DNA of 64,000 nt from an uncultured cyanobacterium. Lineage in GTDB: Bacteria > Cyanobacteriota > Cyanobacteriia > Cyanobacteriales > CAWCAG01. Positions 1 to 11,971 of the stretch are shown one piece after another. The stretch spans positions 128,001-192,000 of the forward strand of contig CAWDOD010000002.1 of assembly GCA_963803805.1 (NCBI GenBank), written 5' to 3'. The notes below the pieces were generated by a model. It did no database searches. It had not been told where the DNA came from and saw nothing but the letters and a program-made list of their open reading frames with translations. The number at the start of each line of letters is the position of its first letter. Position 1 is the stretch's first letter. The translations under genes were made by a program, and so were the position numbers.

Positions 1-50
1 CTTCAGCAATAGTATTATTACTTGTTACTTACCCCACATCAGCCTTAAAA

Positions 51-1220
51 ATGCGCATTTTACAAATCGTTCCTTCTGTTTCCTTAGTTTATGGTGGCCC
101 TAGTCAAATGGTTCTTGGTTTAACCGAGGCTTTGGCGGCTGAGGGGGTTGAGGTTACTTTACTAACCACTGATTCTAACGGAGATGTGGGTCAACCTCCT
201 TTAGATGTTCCTCTTGAGCAACCAGTAAAGCAGGATGGTTATGAAATACGTTATTTTCGCTGCTCTCCCTTTCGCCGTTATAAGTTTTCTCCAACCCTAT
301 TGAGTTGGTTAGCCAGCCATGGGCAAGAATACGACTTAGCCCATATACACGCTCTTTTTTCACCAGTTAGTACAGCAGCAGCTACCGTAGCGCGTTTTTG
401 CCAGTTGCCCTATCTATTACGCCCTTTGGGAACTCTTGATCCTGCTGACTTACGTAAAAAAAAGCAACTAAAGACCATTTATGGCTCTCTATTAGAAAGA
501 CCAAATTTGGCTGGGGCAGCAGGGGTTCATTTCACTAGCGCCCAAGAAGCTAAAATCTCTGAACGTTTTGGGGCTACTACTAAGGATTTTATTGTTCCTT
601 TAGGGGTAAAGTTGCCAGAATTTAGACCAAAAACTGGTCAAGGACGCGCTAAGTTAGGTATCGCCCCAGATCAGCCCTTGCTTTTATTTATGTCCCGTAT
701 CGACCCCAAAAAAGGACTTGATTTACTGATACCTGCTTTGAATGATTTATTAAACCAAGGGAAAGATTTTCATTTTGTCTTAGCAGGGGCAAATCCCCAA
801 GATCCTCAGTATGAAAAGCAGATTCAAGGACAAATTCAAGACTCTGGGTTAGCTAACCACAGTACTATTACTGGCTTTGTCGGGGGAGAATTTAAGCTGG
901 CCTTGTTACAAGATGCGGATTTATTTATCCTGCCTTCCTATTATGAAAATTTTGGCATCGCCGTGGCAGAGGCGATGGCAGCAGGAACTCCAGTGGTAAT
1001 CTCTGATCAAGTTCATATTTGGCAAGAAGTTCGTGATGCAGAGGCTGGTTGGGTTACTAGTTGTGAGGTAACAGCTTTAACCGAAGGGATTCGATTAGCT
1101 TTGCAAAATAAGGACGAACTTAAGGCTAAAGGAGAAAAAGCTCAAGATTATGCCGCTTCTCATTATAGTTGGCAGGCGATCGCACAACGAATGATTCAGG
1201 TTTATGAAGAAGTTTTATAA
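51..1220 (+). CDS. hpsP: GT4-family glycosyltransferase, HpsP-like (hormogonium polysaccharide)
   Basis: GT-B motifs YGGP at the N-terminus and PSYYENFGIAVAEAMAAGTPVV; N-terminus resembles cyanobacterial HpsP. Confidence 0.7.
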   Translation: MRILQIVPSVSLVYGGPSQMVLGLTEALAAEGVEVTLLTTDSNGDVGQPPLDVPLEQPVKQDGYEIRYFRCSPFRRYKFSPTLLSWLASHGQEYDLAHIHALFSPVSTAAATVARFCQLPYLLRPLGTLDPADLRKKKQLKTIYGSLLERPNLAGAAGVHFTSAQEAKISERFGATTKDFIVPLGVKLPEFRPKTGQGRAKLGIAPDQPLLLFMSRIDPKKGLDLLIPALNDLLNQGKDFHFVLAGANPQDPQYEKQIQGQIQDSGLANHSTITGFVGGEFKLALLQDADLFILPSYYENFGIAVAEAMAAGTPVVISDQVHIWQEVRDAEAGWVTSCEVTALTEGIRLALQNKDELKAKGEKAQDYAASHYSWQAIAQRMIQVYEEVL

Positions 1221-1341
1221 AGTGACACTTGAAAATTGACAAACCACTAGTGTCTGGGGTAGTGGTATGCAAAAATGGTAAAGTCGTAGACAAATGCTTA
1301 AAGGTTCAATTTTAAGCTCACTAAGAGAGAAGACAAATTGT

Positions 1342-1566
1342 ATGAAAGTTGGCGATCGCGTCCGTGTCACTGCATCTGTTATTGTTTATCATCATCCCGA
1401 AAACAGGAAAAAGCCTTTTGATCTCCAAGGGATGGAGGGAGAGGTTATTGCCATAGTTACAGAATGGAAAGGCAGACCTGTAAGCGCCAATTTACCTGTA
1501 CAAGTTAAATTTAGTAAGAAGTTTCGAGCCCATCTCAAAGAAAGCGAAGTAGAAGTGATTGATTAA
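1342..1566 (+). CDS. ftrV: Ferredoxin-thioredoxin reductase variable subunit
   Basis: MKVGDRVRV...YHHPENRKKPFDLQGMEGEV...SANLP typical of FtrV; ATG 1342 preferred over the 1294 track start. Confidence 0.9.
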   Translation: MKVGDRVRVTASVIVYHHPENRKKPFDLQGMEGEVIAIVTEWKGRPVSANLPVQVKFSKKFRAHLKESEVEVID

Positions 1567-1676
1567 TAGGCTATTAATTTATCTCAGCGAGAATGCTTGC
1601 TAAAAATAAATGTATTTTGAGATACAATCTTACTTTTTGAAGAGATCTAAATGCCCTACAGTGTACCAATACCTGA

Positions 1677-2876
<1,200 letters not shown>

Positions 2877-2908
2877 TTTATTTGTCAATGATCATTGGTC
2901 AATGTAAG

Positions 2909-2932
2909 GCTTGCCGTTGCCGTTAGGCATCA
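2909..2932. repeat. Small dispersed repeat (GCCTAACGGCAA family)
   Basis: Reverse complement TGATGCCTAACGGCAACGGCAAGC matches 9311-9334 with one mismatch; looser copies at 6927-6947 and 24051-24075. Confidence 0.75.
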
Positions 2933-2996
2933 TTGACCGATGATCACTGGGCGGTATAGCCATTGTCGAAGACTAAACTAATAACTGAAAAAAGTT

Positions 2997-4130
2997 ATGC
3001 GTATTGCTCTATTTACAGAAACATTTTTACCGAAAGTTGATGGTATTGTAACCCGCTTACGCCATACTGTAGAACATTTGCAACGTAATGGCGACAAAGT
3101 ATTAGTTGTCTGTCCGGAAGGGGGTTTGACTGAGTATAAAGGGGCGCAAATTTGTGGACTTTCTGCTATGCCTCTTCCCCTTTATCCAGAGTTAAAATTA
3201 GCTTTTCCTAGACCGACAATTAGGGGAGTTTTGCAAGATTTTCAGCCAGATATTATTCATGTTGTTAACCCAGCTTTTTTAGGCATTTCGGGCATTTATT
3301 ATGCAAAATCTCTCAACCTCCCTTTAGTCGCTTCTTACCATACCCATTTGCCCCAATATCTACAACATTATGGTTTAGGGGCATTAGAGGGTTTTTTGTG
3401 GGAACTTCTCAAAGGTATTCACAACCAAGCCCAGTTAAACCTTTGTACTTCTACGGCGATGGTAAAGGAGTTGGTTAACCATGATATTGAAAACGTAGAC
3501 CTGTGGCAAAGGGGAGTAGATACAGAAATGTTTCAACCCCATCTCGCCTCTACTAAGATGCGATCGCGCCTTTCCCAAGGTCATCCGGAAGACCCTTTAT
3601 TGTTATATGTGGGTAGGGTATCAGCAGAAAAGGAAATTGACCGCATCAAACCAGTGTTAGAATCTATTCCAAATGCCCGTTTAGCTATCGTTGGGGATGG
3701 CCCTAATCGTGAAGCCTTAGAAAGCCATTTTGAGGGGACACAAACCCATTTTGTGGGCTATCTTCAGGGTCTAGAACTCGCTTCTGCTTTTGCTTCGGCT
3801 GATGCTTTTGTCTTCCCTTCCCGTACCGAAACTTTGGGTTTAGTTCTCTTAGAAGCAATGGCCGCCGGTTGCCCTGTGGTAGCAGCCCGTTCTGGTGGGA
3901 TTCCTGATATTGTTACAGATGGGGTGAATGGCTACCTTTTTGAGCCAACAGACCCTCAAGGGTCAATTGAAGCCACTAAACGTCTTCTAGCAGCTAAAGA
4001 GGAGAGGGAAACTTTGCGATCTAATGCCCGTGAAGAAGCAGAACGTTGGGGTTGGGTTGCAGCAACCAAACAATTACAAAGTTATTATCAGTCTGTGGTT
4101 TATTCCCAATCTTTATCTTCTGCAGCGTAG
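2997..4130 (+). CDS. sqdX: Sulfoquinovosyldiacylglycerol synthase (GT4)
   Basis: MRIALFTETFLPKVDGIVTRL, PSRTETLGLVLLEAMAAG; downstream of sqdB. Confidence 0.92.
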   Translation: MRIALFTETFLPKVDGIVTRLRHTVEHLQRNGDKVLVVCPEGGLTEYKGAQICGLSAMPLPLYPELKLAFPRPTIRGVLQDFQPDIIHVVNPAFLGISGIYYAKSLNLPLVASYHTHLPQYLQHYGLGALEGFLWELLKGIHNQAQLNLCTSTAMVKELVNHDIENVDLWQRGVDTEMFQPHLASTKMRSRLSQGHPEDPLLLYVGRVSAEKEIDRIKPVLESIPNARLAIVGDGPNREALESHFEGTQTHFVGYLQGLELASAFASADAFVFPSRTETLGLVLLEAMAAGCPVVAARSGGIPDIVTDGVNGYLFEPTDPQGSIEATKRLLAAKEERETLRSNAREEAERWGWVAATKQLQSYYQSVVYSQSLSSAA

Positions 4131-4203
4131 TACTCTGTCAATTTCCAATTCACGGGTAAGGGGAAAGGGGAAAAGGTAAAGGATGATTGATTCCTCGTCT
4201 TCC

Positions 4204-4866
4204 CTACTCCCTACTCCCTTTAGTTGCAATTACAGCGTAAAAAGGGTCGCTAGAACCCATGCCTAGCATTTGTAAAAAAGAAGAGAGATTATTGGTATTG
4301 CCTTGGCGAATAACTATTTCTGGGGGGCTGAAGCCGGGGACGGAGTTGAAATAACTTTTTACTAACTTAACTCGACTTGCTTCTGTAGCATCTCGCCAAG
4401 CAGCGATCGCTTTTTGATAAAACATCCGATTGGAGAAGCTAATTATGGCAATTCCTCCTGGTTTGAGGATGCGGTGAATTTCTGAGAAAATAGCTTCGGG
4501 ATATTGTAGATACTGAACAGAAACTGTATTGAGGACAGCAGCAAATTCTTGGTCTGGTAGAGGTAACTTTGGTTCAGTATTGAGGTTTTGGAGAAAATAA
4601 TGATCTAAACGGGGGTTTTTGGCTAACTCCTCTTCATTCATACCATGGCCTTCGACGTGGCTAAATACCATCTCTTCAGGGAGATGAGAAACCCAACTAC
4701 TCATTAAATCGAGAATGCGGGTTTGAGGTTGGAGTCTTTCTTGGTAAAGATTGGTAAGTTGGTCAATAAAGTGATCATCTACATGGGTGACAAAACGAGG
4801 TACAGAGTAGAATTCGCTATCATCGCCGTAATCAAGTTTATTACGTTGGTCAGGTTTTAAAAGCAT
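4204..4866 (-). CDS. Class I SAM-dependent methyltransferase
   Basis: FYSVPRFVTHVD, ILDLMSSWVSHLP, LKPGG motifs. Confidence 0.85.
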   Translation of the reverse strand: MLLKPDQRNKLDYGDDSEFYSVPRFVTHVDDHFIDQLTNLYQERLQPQTRILDLMSSWVSHLPEEMVFSHVEGHGMNEEELAKNPRLDHYFLQNLNTEPKLPLPDQEFAAVLNTVSVQYLQYPEAIFSEIHRILKPGGIAIISFSNRMFYQKAIAAWRDATEASRVKLVKSYFNSVPGFSPPEIVIRQGNTNNLSSFLQMLGMGSSDPFYAVIATKGSRE

Positions 4867-4894
4867 TTCTTAATTTTTAGTTTTTAATTTTTGA

Positions 4895-6544
4895 TTAACT
4901 AAGAGATAACCCTACTACTTGATAAACTTTTTGTTCCTCGAATAACTTAACTAAGTGAGGATTAAGATGATAACTATCTGCTTCTTGGTGCAAAATATCT
5001 AGGGCAACATCTACTGGAAAAGCTGATTTGTAGGGACGCTCTCCTGTTAGGGCATCAAAAACATCTGCAATAGATAGTATCTGAGTTTCAAGGGGAATAT
5101 CCTTTTGAGTTAACCCTTGAGGATAACCTGTACCATCTAGTCTTTCGTGGTGTTTGTGGGCAATTTCAGGAATATCTTGGAAGTATTTTGTCCAAGGAAT
5201 ACGCTTAAGAAATTCATAGGAATGGGTGACATGGGCTTCAATAGCAGAACGTTCTTTGCTGGTTAAATTTCCCTTGGCTACAACTAATTGTTCTACTTCT
5301 AGATCTGTAAGTAAAGGCTTAAGCTGACCATCAATATCTTTATATTGATAGTTAGCAATGGTGGTAAGTTGCTGTAAGTTTTCTGGAGAAAGTGCAGAAA
5401 ATTTTTTCTGTTTTAATTGATTTGGTTCGTTGATATTTTTGATTAATTGCCAGTAGTTATTGAGTTGACTGATTTCTTGCTGTAGTTGTTGTTGCCAAAC
5501 TGTTAGTTGAGTGGCAAATTCTTCTTCTACCAGGGGGCAATTGTTGAGGAGATATTGGACTTTTTTTTCTGCATACTCCATCTCCAAAGTACGTTTAGCT
5601 AACGAGAAACGCTGGCTAATTAACTCTAGTTGATGGGGATAAAGTTTATGGGCTTTATTTAAGATTGCTTCTGGTACAGCTATTTTACCAAAGTCGTGAA
5701 GAATGGCAGCATAGCGAATTTCTTGAAGCTTGCGATCGCTAAATTTTACTTCTTTCAGGGGGCCTATGGCAACTTTGTTAACTTCTTCACTCAAACGCAG
5801 AGATAATTCTGCAACTCTTTCTGAATGGCCAAATGTACTGGAATCCCTTGCTTCAACAGCTTGTATAGAGGCTTTTACAAAGTCTTCAAAAAGGTTTTCA
5901 ATACTTTCTTGCAGGAGACTACGTTCAATGGATATAGCTGCTTGGCAAGCGAGGGAACTTAAAATGCGTTCTTCGCGATCCGAATAAGGCTTAGTAACTT
6001 TGCCGGCATTTTCTGGAGTTACGACGGCATCATGTCTGGTTTTACGATTGAGCAGTTGTACAACACCAATTACTTCCCCTTGTTGGTCTTGCATTGGTAA
6101 TACTAGTACCGAGCGAGTATAGTAGGAAAAATCGCGATCAAAACTACTATCTAATTGATAGGGTACACGCTTAGGTAAGTCATGGGCATCAGGTATATTC
6201 AAGCTTTCTCCTGTTAGGGCAACATAACCGGCTAAACTCTGCATGGTTAAAGGCATAGCAAATTCTCGGAAAGAAGCCTGAGCCAGGGAATCATTCTGTG
6301 CTACTTTGAAAATAAGTTTAGGTATGGCATCACTTTTATTGATTAAATAAACACTACCTGCATCACTCCAAGTAATCTCTCGCATTTTAAAGAGGATTAG
6401 ATTTAATAATTCTCCCAATTCATGGGTACTAGAAAGGGCTGTGCTAATTGCTAAAAGCTTTTCAATAAGTTCAACTTTTTCTGTAGATGGATTATAGAAA
6501 TCCTGAGTTTCAAAGGTTAAGCTTGGGGAGTGAGATGCTTTCAT
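4895..6544 (-). CDS. GAF + HD-GYP cyclic di-nucleotide phosphodiesterase
   Basis: N-terminal GAF; HSERVA, LHDFGK, HHERLDGTGYPQGL, IADVFDALT..RPYK. Confidence 0.88.
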   Translation of the reverse strand: MKASHSPSLTFETQDFYNPSTEKVELIEKLLAISTALSSTHELGELLNLILFKMREITWSDAGSVYLINKSDAIPKLIFKVAQNDSLAQASFREFAMPLTMQSLAGYVALTGESLNIPDAHDLPKRVPYQLDSSFDRDFSYYTRSVLVLPMQDQQGEVIGVVQLLNRKTRHDAVVTPENAGKVTKPYSDREERILSSLACQAAISIERSLLQESIENLFEDFVKASIQAVEARDSSTFGHSERVAELSLRLSEEVNKVAIGPLKEVKFSDRKLQEIRYAAILHDFGKIAVPEAILNKAHKLYPHQLELISQRFSLAKRTLEMEYAEKKVQYLLNNCPLVEEEFATQLTVWQQQLQQEISQLNNYWQLIKNINEPNQLKQKKFSALSPENLQQLTTIANYQYKDIDGQLKPLLTDLEVEQLVVAKGNLTSKERSAIEAHVTHSYEFLKRIPWTKYFQDIPEIAHKHHERLDGTGYPQGLTQKDIPLETQILSIADVFDALTGERPYKSAFPVDVALDILHQEADSYHLNPHLVKLFEEQKVYQVVGLSLS

Positions 6545-7002
6545 AACTTTCGATACACCAAGGTAAGAGGCTTTTAGAGATTTACTGGTTAGGCTGGTTG
6601 TACTTTTGTATCAGTGATTTATTTTCCCTGTCTAGAAATTTTGTTCCAGCCGGTGAGTAATTTATTAAGGTTAAGTTCAGTGGCCCAATTTAGCTACGCG
6701 CAACTATTTTAGAGCAACTTACTTTAACTTTTGGGTTTAAATTTGAATTCATAACTATGAGTATATTACTGAGTAATAGTTATTACCAATACAGAGATTT
6801 TACTAGTTTAATCCCTAAACTGACTTTCCCCTAGTCAAATAAGTTACAAATTACCTGTTATGGAGACTGGGGTGACAAGGTGACTGGGAGAAGTAATAAG
6901 TAATAAGTTTAAGTTCAGGATTCGCTGTAGCCTAATGGCGACGCTACATAAACCCTATTCCCTTATTAATAATCAATGATCAATGTTTAATGATAAGTGG
7001 TA

Positions 7003-7886
7003 TTAACCAATCACCCACAAAACTAAAGGTAGGGTGACAAAACTCATCATGGTTGAAACAATAATTGTTCTCGCCACACGAGGGGGATCTCCCCAAATTC
7101 AGTTACCCAAACTAAGGTATTAACTGCTGTGGGCATAGCCCCTTGCATGACTAAAATCTGTAAATCTAATCCTGTTAAGCCCAAGGTACTACCCACACCA
7201 TAGGCGATCGCCGGGGCAAGGAACAAACGCATAGTTGCAGCAAATAGTTCGTATCTTCCCATACGAAAAGGAGTTTGTGCTAATTGTATTCCTAAAATGA
7301 TTAAGGCGATAGGAATCGAAGCGTTGCCCAGCATTTCCAAGCTTTCAGATAAGCTGAAGGGAAGTTTAATTTCAAATATACGTAAATATAATCCCCCTAA
7401 CATTGCCCATAACAAAGGGAGTTTGAGGGTTAGTTTAATTCCTGTTAATAGTCCTTCTCCTTTTAATAAGGCAGGGGCAATTGAAGCCATTGTTATAGAA
7501 GCTGCAATGAGGTAAACGATCGCCCTTTCTAATCCTTGCTCTCCAAAGGCAAAGGTGATAATAGGTAATCCCATGTTACCGTTGTTAGAAAAAAGAGTTG
7601 TGGCAATCAGGCTTTTTTGAATTGGGGGCGGAAATTTGAGTAGTTTAGCGGTGGCAAAAGTAATTAAATAAAGCAGCACAATAGTTATTAAATAACTTAC
7701 TATTAACCCGCTAGCACTTTGGGCTGATAGCTTTGTACTATATAAACTTGCTGCGATTAAGGCAGGAACTAAAAGATAAATGGTTAGTTGAGAGAGGGTT
7801 TGACGTTCCAGGCTTAGTGTACGCCCTGCAATGAAACCAATGAAAATAATTAAGCTAACAGATGCGATCGCCGGGAGTAAATTCAA
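7003..7886 (-). CDS. AEC (auxin efflux carrier) family transporter, 1-nt frameshift near 3' end
   Basis: SNNGNMGLP and AMPTAVN motifs; adding one G to the G-run at ~7091-7094 restores EFGGDPPRVARTIIVSTMMSFVTLPLVLWVIG* ending at 7003. Confidence 0.82.
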
Positions 7887-7925
7887 TTTTTTTAGTGTTT
7901 GTTTATTGCAAGGAGATTATTTTTA

Positions 7926-9157
7926 TTACTTTATCTCCCTTCCCCTCAAGCCTGTCATTAATTGCAAGGCATATACCCGTAAAGGAGGAATATTGTTTAG
8001 CAACCACAAACCGATACGGCGAGAAGCAACGATGGGAGGAAAGTTATTAGAAAAGAGTCGATCTAATAAGTCAGTGAAACCCAAGATTACTAAGTTTTCC
8101 TTTTTTCGCCAACTTTCATAATTTTTCAGAACCCGCAGATTGCCAATATCTAATCCCTTAGCATCAGCTTCTTGCAATACTTGGGCTAAGGCAGCAGCAT
8201 CACGGATACCTAAATTTAATCCCTGTCCTCCTACGGGATGGCAACAATGGGCAGCATCACCAATTAAGGCGAGTCGAGGTTTGATATAGCGATCGCTTTG
8301 CATCAACTGCACAGGAAAAACGAACCGTTCCCCTGCCATTTCTAATTTACCTAAAAGTCCTCCGGTATATTTTTCTAACCGGGCGAGGAAGTCTTTTTCT
8401 GGTAACTCCTTTAAAGCTTGGGCTTCGGCATGGGGGTTTGTCCAAACTACTTGGCAACGGTTTCCTGGTAAAGGTAGTACTCCCATGGGTCCTGTGGCCA
8501 AAAACGCTCAAAAGCGGTATCATTCTGAGGGGCTTGGTGTTTAATGGTGGTAGCGACGCATGACTGCCAGTATTTCCAACCCTTGGTTCTAATACCCGCA
8601 TCCTTTCTAACTTGCGATCGCCCCCCATCTGCACCAACAATTAATTTAGTCTGGAGTTGTTGCTTTTCCCCGGCAATTTCTACCTCAACTTCTACCCTCA
8701 TATTTTCATAACTAACTCCTACCACCGAAGCGGGGCATAGCCAATTAATATTTTCCGACTCAGCAATTAATTGTTGTAAAACCGCAATTATAGCCCGGTG
8801 TTCAGCCACAAAACCCAGGTTATTTGTTCCCAAATCCTTTAAGCCAAATTCAACAATGGTATCGTAATCGGCATCAGAAAGACGAATTTGCTTAAAACTA
8901 GCAATTTGGGGCAGCATTTTATCCCAGACTTCAAGTTGCTGATAAATGCGACTAGAAAGCAAAGAAACTGCATAGGCTTGTTTTCTTGCTGCGGCTACTG
9001 CTAAGGGTTGACTTTCAATAATAATTACTTTCAAGCCAGAATCCTTTAAGCTACAAGCAAGAGTCGCCCCAGCAATACCACCACCAACAATTACTAAATC
9101 ACAGTCATAGCCAGAAGTTAAGGGAGAAACAGAAGGTTTGATCTGGGCTAAGGTCAT
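7926..9157 (-). CDS. FAD-dependent hydroxylase (UbiH/COQ6 family), frameshifted at ~8497
   Basis: GGGIAG, GADGGRS, LIGDAAHCCHPVGGQGLNLG; ORFs 8447-9157 and 7926-8501 join as ERFWPTGPMG with one added base. Confidence 0.85.
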
Positions 9158-9310
9158 TGTCTGCTTTTTTAAGAAAGGAATCTAAATGTATACTTTCTTT
9201 AATTGTGACCCTAAACTCTAGTACAAGCAAGATGGGCAACCCAATTTAAACCCTGGCTTATCGATCATACTATTATAAGGATCTGTAAAGTTGGGATTTG
9301 TTATGATAAC

Positions 9311-9334
9311 TGATGCCTAACGGCAACAGCAAGC
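9311..9334. repeat. Small dispersed repeat (GCCTAACGGCAA family)
   Basis: TGATGCCTAACGGCAACAGCAAGC, near-identical to 2909-2932 in reverse orientation. Confidence 0.75.
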
Positions 9335-9364
9335 TGTAGATTGATCATTGATCATTAATAACTG

Positions 9365-10182
9365 ATGTGGCATGGCATCCTTAACTTAACCTACGCTAAC
9401 AACGAAAGTGGTACAAAGATAACCAATTCTTTTACCCAAGCCCCTTTTAAAATCCAGAGTCCTTTTTATCCTGAAGGTAAAGAAGTTTGTCATAGCCTGA
9501 TTTTACATACTGCTGGGGGTATGGTGGGTGGAGATAAACTTTCCCAAAATCTTAACCTGCAACCTCACTCCTGTAGTTTAATAACCACCACCGCAGCAAG
9601 TAAGGTTTATCGCAGCAATGGGAAAAAAGCCAAACAAGATATTAATATTCATCTTCATCAAGGTAGTTGCCTAGAATTTTTCCCCAAGAAACAATTGTCT
9701 TTAATGGTGCTGTTTATCAACAAAGTCTGCGGTTAGAATTAGCCCCGGATGCTAATTGGTTAGGTTGGGAAATAACCCGTTTCGGACGCTCTGCCAGGGG
9801 AGAAAAGTTTTTGCAAGGGGAATGGCGTTCTTATACTGAAGTTTGGCAACAAGGAAAACCTTTATGGATTGATCGGCAATGGTTGCCAGGGGGAGAAACA
9901 AGTTTCCATCATCCCCATAGTTTAGCAGGAAAACCGGTGGTAGGGACTTTAAGTTGGCTCGGTAAACCTGTTGATACCGAGATTGTTGCCCAAGCTAGAA
10001 ATCTTTGGCAGCAAGGGCAATATCAAGGGGAAGCCGGGGTTACTCAACTTATTTGCGGATTATTATGTCGCTACCGTGGTGATTCGACCTCAGAAGTGAG
10101 AAACTGGTTCACAGAAGTTTGGCAATTATTACGGCCAATTTACCTTAACAAAGCTGCTATGAAGCCAAGGGTTTGGCTTTGA
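9365..10182 (+). CDS. ureD: Urease accessory protein UreD, frameshifted at ~9682
   Basis: HTAGGMVGGD, TTTAASKVYRS, PQETIVFNGA, GWEITRFGR; one C missing in TTTTTCCCCAAG; precedes ureA. Confidence 0.88.
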
Positions 10183-10213
10183 GCAACTTTAACTACCTAT
10201 GGAGAATTAATCT

Positions 10214-10516
10214 ATGCAACTATCCCCCCAAGAGAAAGATAAGCTGTTAATTTTCACCGCAGCTTTAGTTGCCGAAAGGCGCAAAGAAAAAGGTTTAAAA
10301 CTAAATCATCCTGAATCTGTTGCCTACATTTCTGCGGCTATTATGGAAGGGGCAAGGGAAGGGCGTAGTGTGGCGGAGTTGATGAGTTATGGTACAACTC
10401 TACTGAGAAAAGATGAGGTGATGGAAGGTATAGCAGAGATGATTCACGAAGTTCAAGTAGAAGCAACTTTTCCTGATGGAACAAAGTTGGTTACGGTACA
10501 TGAGCCGATTAAGTAA
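10214..10516 (+). CDS. ureA: Urease subunit gamma
   Basis: [14 protein letters not shown]...[17 protein letters not shown]. Confidence 0.97.
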   Translation: MQLSPQEKDKLLIFTAALVAERRKEKGLKLNHPESVAYISAAIMEGAREGRSVAELMSYGTTLLRKDEVMEGIAEMIHEVQVEATFPDGTKLVTVHEPIK

Positions 10517-10533
10517 TTAATAATTAAAAAATT

Positions 10534-10851
10534 ATGATTCCAGGTGAGATGATTGTTGGCGAGGGGAAAATTGAGTTAAATGTAGGTCGTCCTACTTTAA
10601 CAATTCAGGTCGCCAATACAGGCGATCGCCCAATTCAAGTTGGTTCTCATTTCCACTTTTATGAGGTTAATTCCGCCCTCAATTTTGAGAGGGAAACAAC
10701 CAAAGGAATGCGTTTAAATATACCTGCTGGTACGGCAGTAAGATTTGAACCAGGGGATGAAAAAGAGGTAGAATTAGTTGCTTTTGCTGGTAGCAGAGAA
10801 GTTTATGGTTTGAATGGTTTAATTGATGGAAAACTAGAGATTTCTGTTTAA
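10534..10851 (+). CDS. ureB: Urease subunit beta
   Basis: MIPGE...[17 protein letters not shown]...[11 protein letters not shown]. Confidence 0.97.
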   Translation: MIPGEMIVGEGKIELNVGRPTLTIQVANTGDRPIQVGSHFHFYEVNSALNFERETTKGMRLNIPAGTAVRFEPGDEKEVELVAFAGSREVYGLNGLIDGKLEISV

Positions 10852-10860
10852 GAATCATTA

Positions 10861-10951
10861 CCAGGAAATCAATTTCCTGGCTTAAACAACAAGTCCGTTG
10901 AAACAGACTTAACATAATTTAGACAGAGAATTAATCATTAATTCTCTGTCT
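10861..10951. repeat. Cluster of three hairpins (REP/REPIN-like, possible terminator)
   Basis: CCAGGAAAT-CA-ATTTCCTGG; AAGTCCGTT-G-AAACAGACTT (imperfect); AGACAGAGAATTAAT-C-ATTAATTCTCTGTCT. Confidence 0.65.
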
Positions 10952-11027
10952 TTGTCTCCGTCTCTGTTTTTTGGTAATTCCTGTATTTTTAATACAATAT
11001 ATTTGTATCTCATAAAATATATACTAT

Positions 11028-11705
11028 ATGCTCAAAAGAATTGCTTTAATTTGTTTATTCCTTACTTTAGGAATTCTCGGATTCTTTTACTATTATTGGA
11101 GTCAGTTTACTAAAATTCCTCAATGGTATAGCGAAGAAGAGAAAAATGTAATTTCGACGGATAATCCTAATACTATTCAAGCTAATCAACAACAAGTGCA
11201 ACGCAAAATTGCTAGTCAAGTTCAACCTCAAGTTGGTAATGGAGAAATTGAAGTTAAATTAGACCAAGAAGATATAAATGAACTTTTAGTTGCTAACATT
11301 GCTAAGAATCAAAAAGGCAGCGCTTTATTACAAACAACTAAAGGGGTAAAAACCACTATTAAAGACGATTCTGTGGAAATTGGTGCGGTGGTTAATACGA
11401 CTGAACTTAGTGACCAAGAAACAAAAATTGAGCAAGCGATTGAGAAGTTTCCTTTGCTTAAAGATCGTGATATTTATGTAGCAATTGCAGGTCAGCCTAC
11501 AGTAGTTAATGGGGAACTACAGTTTAATGAAAATACTTTAATCAAAGTAGGTAATATCACTATGACAGTTGCTGATGCTGCCCAGAGATTAGGAGTTCCT
11601 CCAGAAAAACTTCTACAAAATCTAACTGTTAAATCAGAATTAATTCAGGTTCAGGATATTGAAATCGCTGATGAAGAAATCATCTTTAAAGGTAATAGAA
11701 AATGA
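11028..11705 (+). CDS. Hypothetical protein with N-terminal membrane anchor
   Basis: 225-aa ORF with a hydrophobic N-terminal helix. Confidence 0.75.
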   Translation: MLKRIALICLFLTLGILGFFYYYWSQFTKIPQWYSEEEKNVISTDNPNTIQANQQQVQRKIASQVQPQVGNGEIEVKLDQEDINELLVANIAKNQKGSALLQTTKGVKTTIKDDSVEIGAVVNTTELSDQETKIEQAIEKFPLLKDRDIYVAIAGQPTVVNGELQFNENTLIKVGNITMTVADAAQRLGVPPEKLLQNLTVKSELIQVQDIEIADEEIIFKGNRK

Positions 11706-11798
11706 GCAATATTAAAACTTACGCAATTAAATAGAAAATCAATAGTTCTATATCTAAGCAATGGGGAAAAGAGGGTTACAGAGGCTGAGTATGTAAAT

Positions 11799-11942
11799 GG
11801 GAGCATCTCAAATTGGTAAATACAGGCTTTAGCCGTCAACTTGATATTAGCTTCACTAAAGCAGCAAGAAATGTATTCTTAAAGCTAACAGCTAATAGCT
11901 AACTTCACAGACAAACTATTTCTGCAAAACTGAGATGCTCCC
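11799..11942. mobile_element. 144-bp MITE with 12-bp TIRs and 9-bp target-site duplication
   Basis: GGGAGCATCTCA...TGAGATGCTCCC flanked by TATGTAAAT on both sides (11790-11798, 11943-11951). Confidence 0.85.
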
Positions 11943-11971
11943 TATGTAAATCCTGATTATTAGACATGAAA

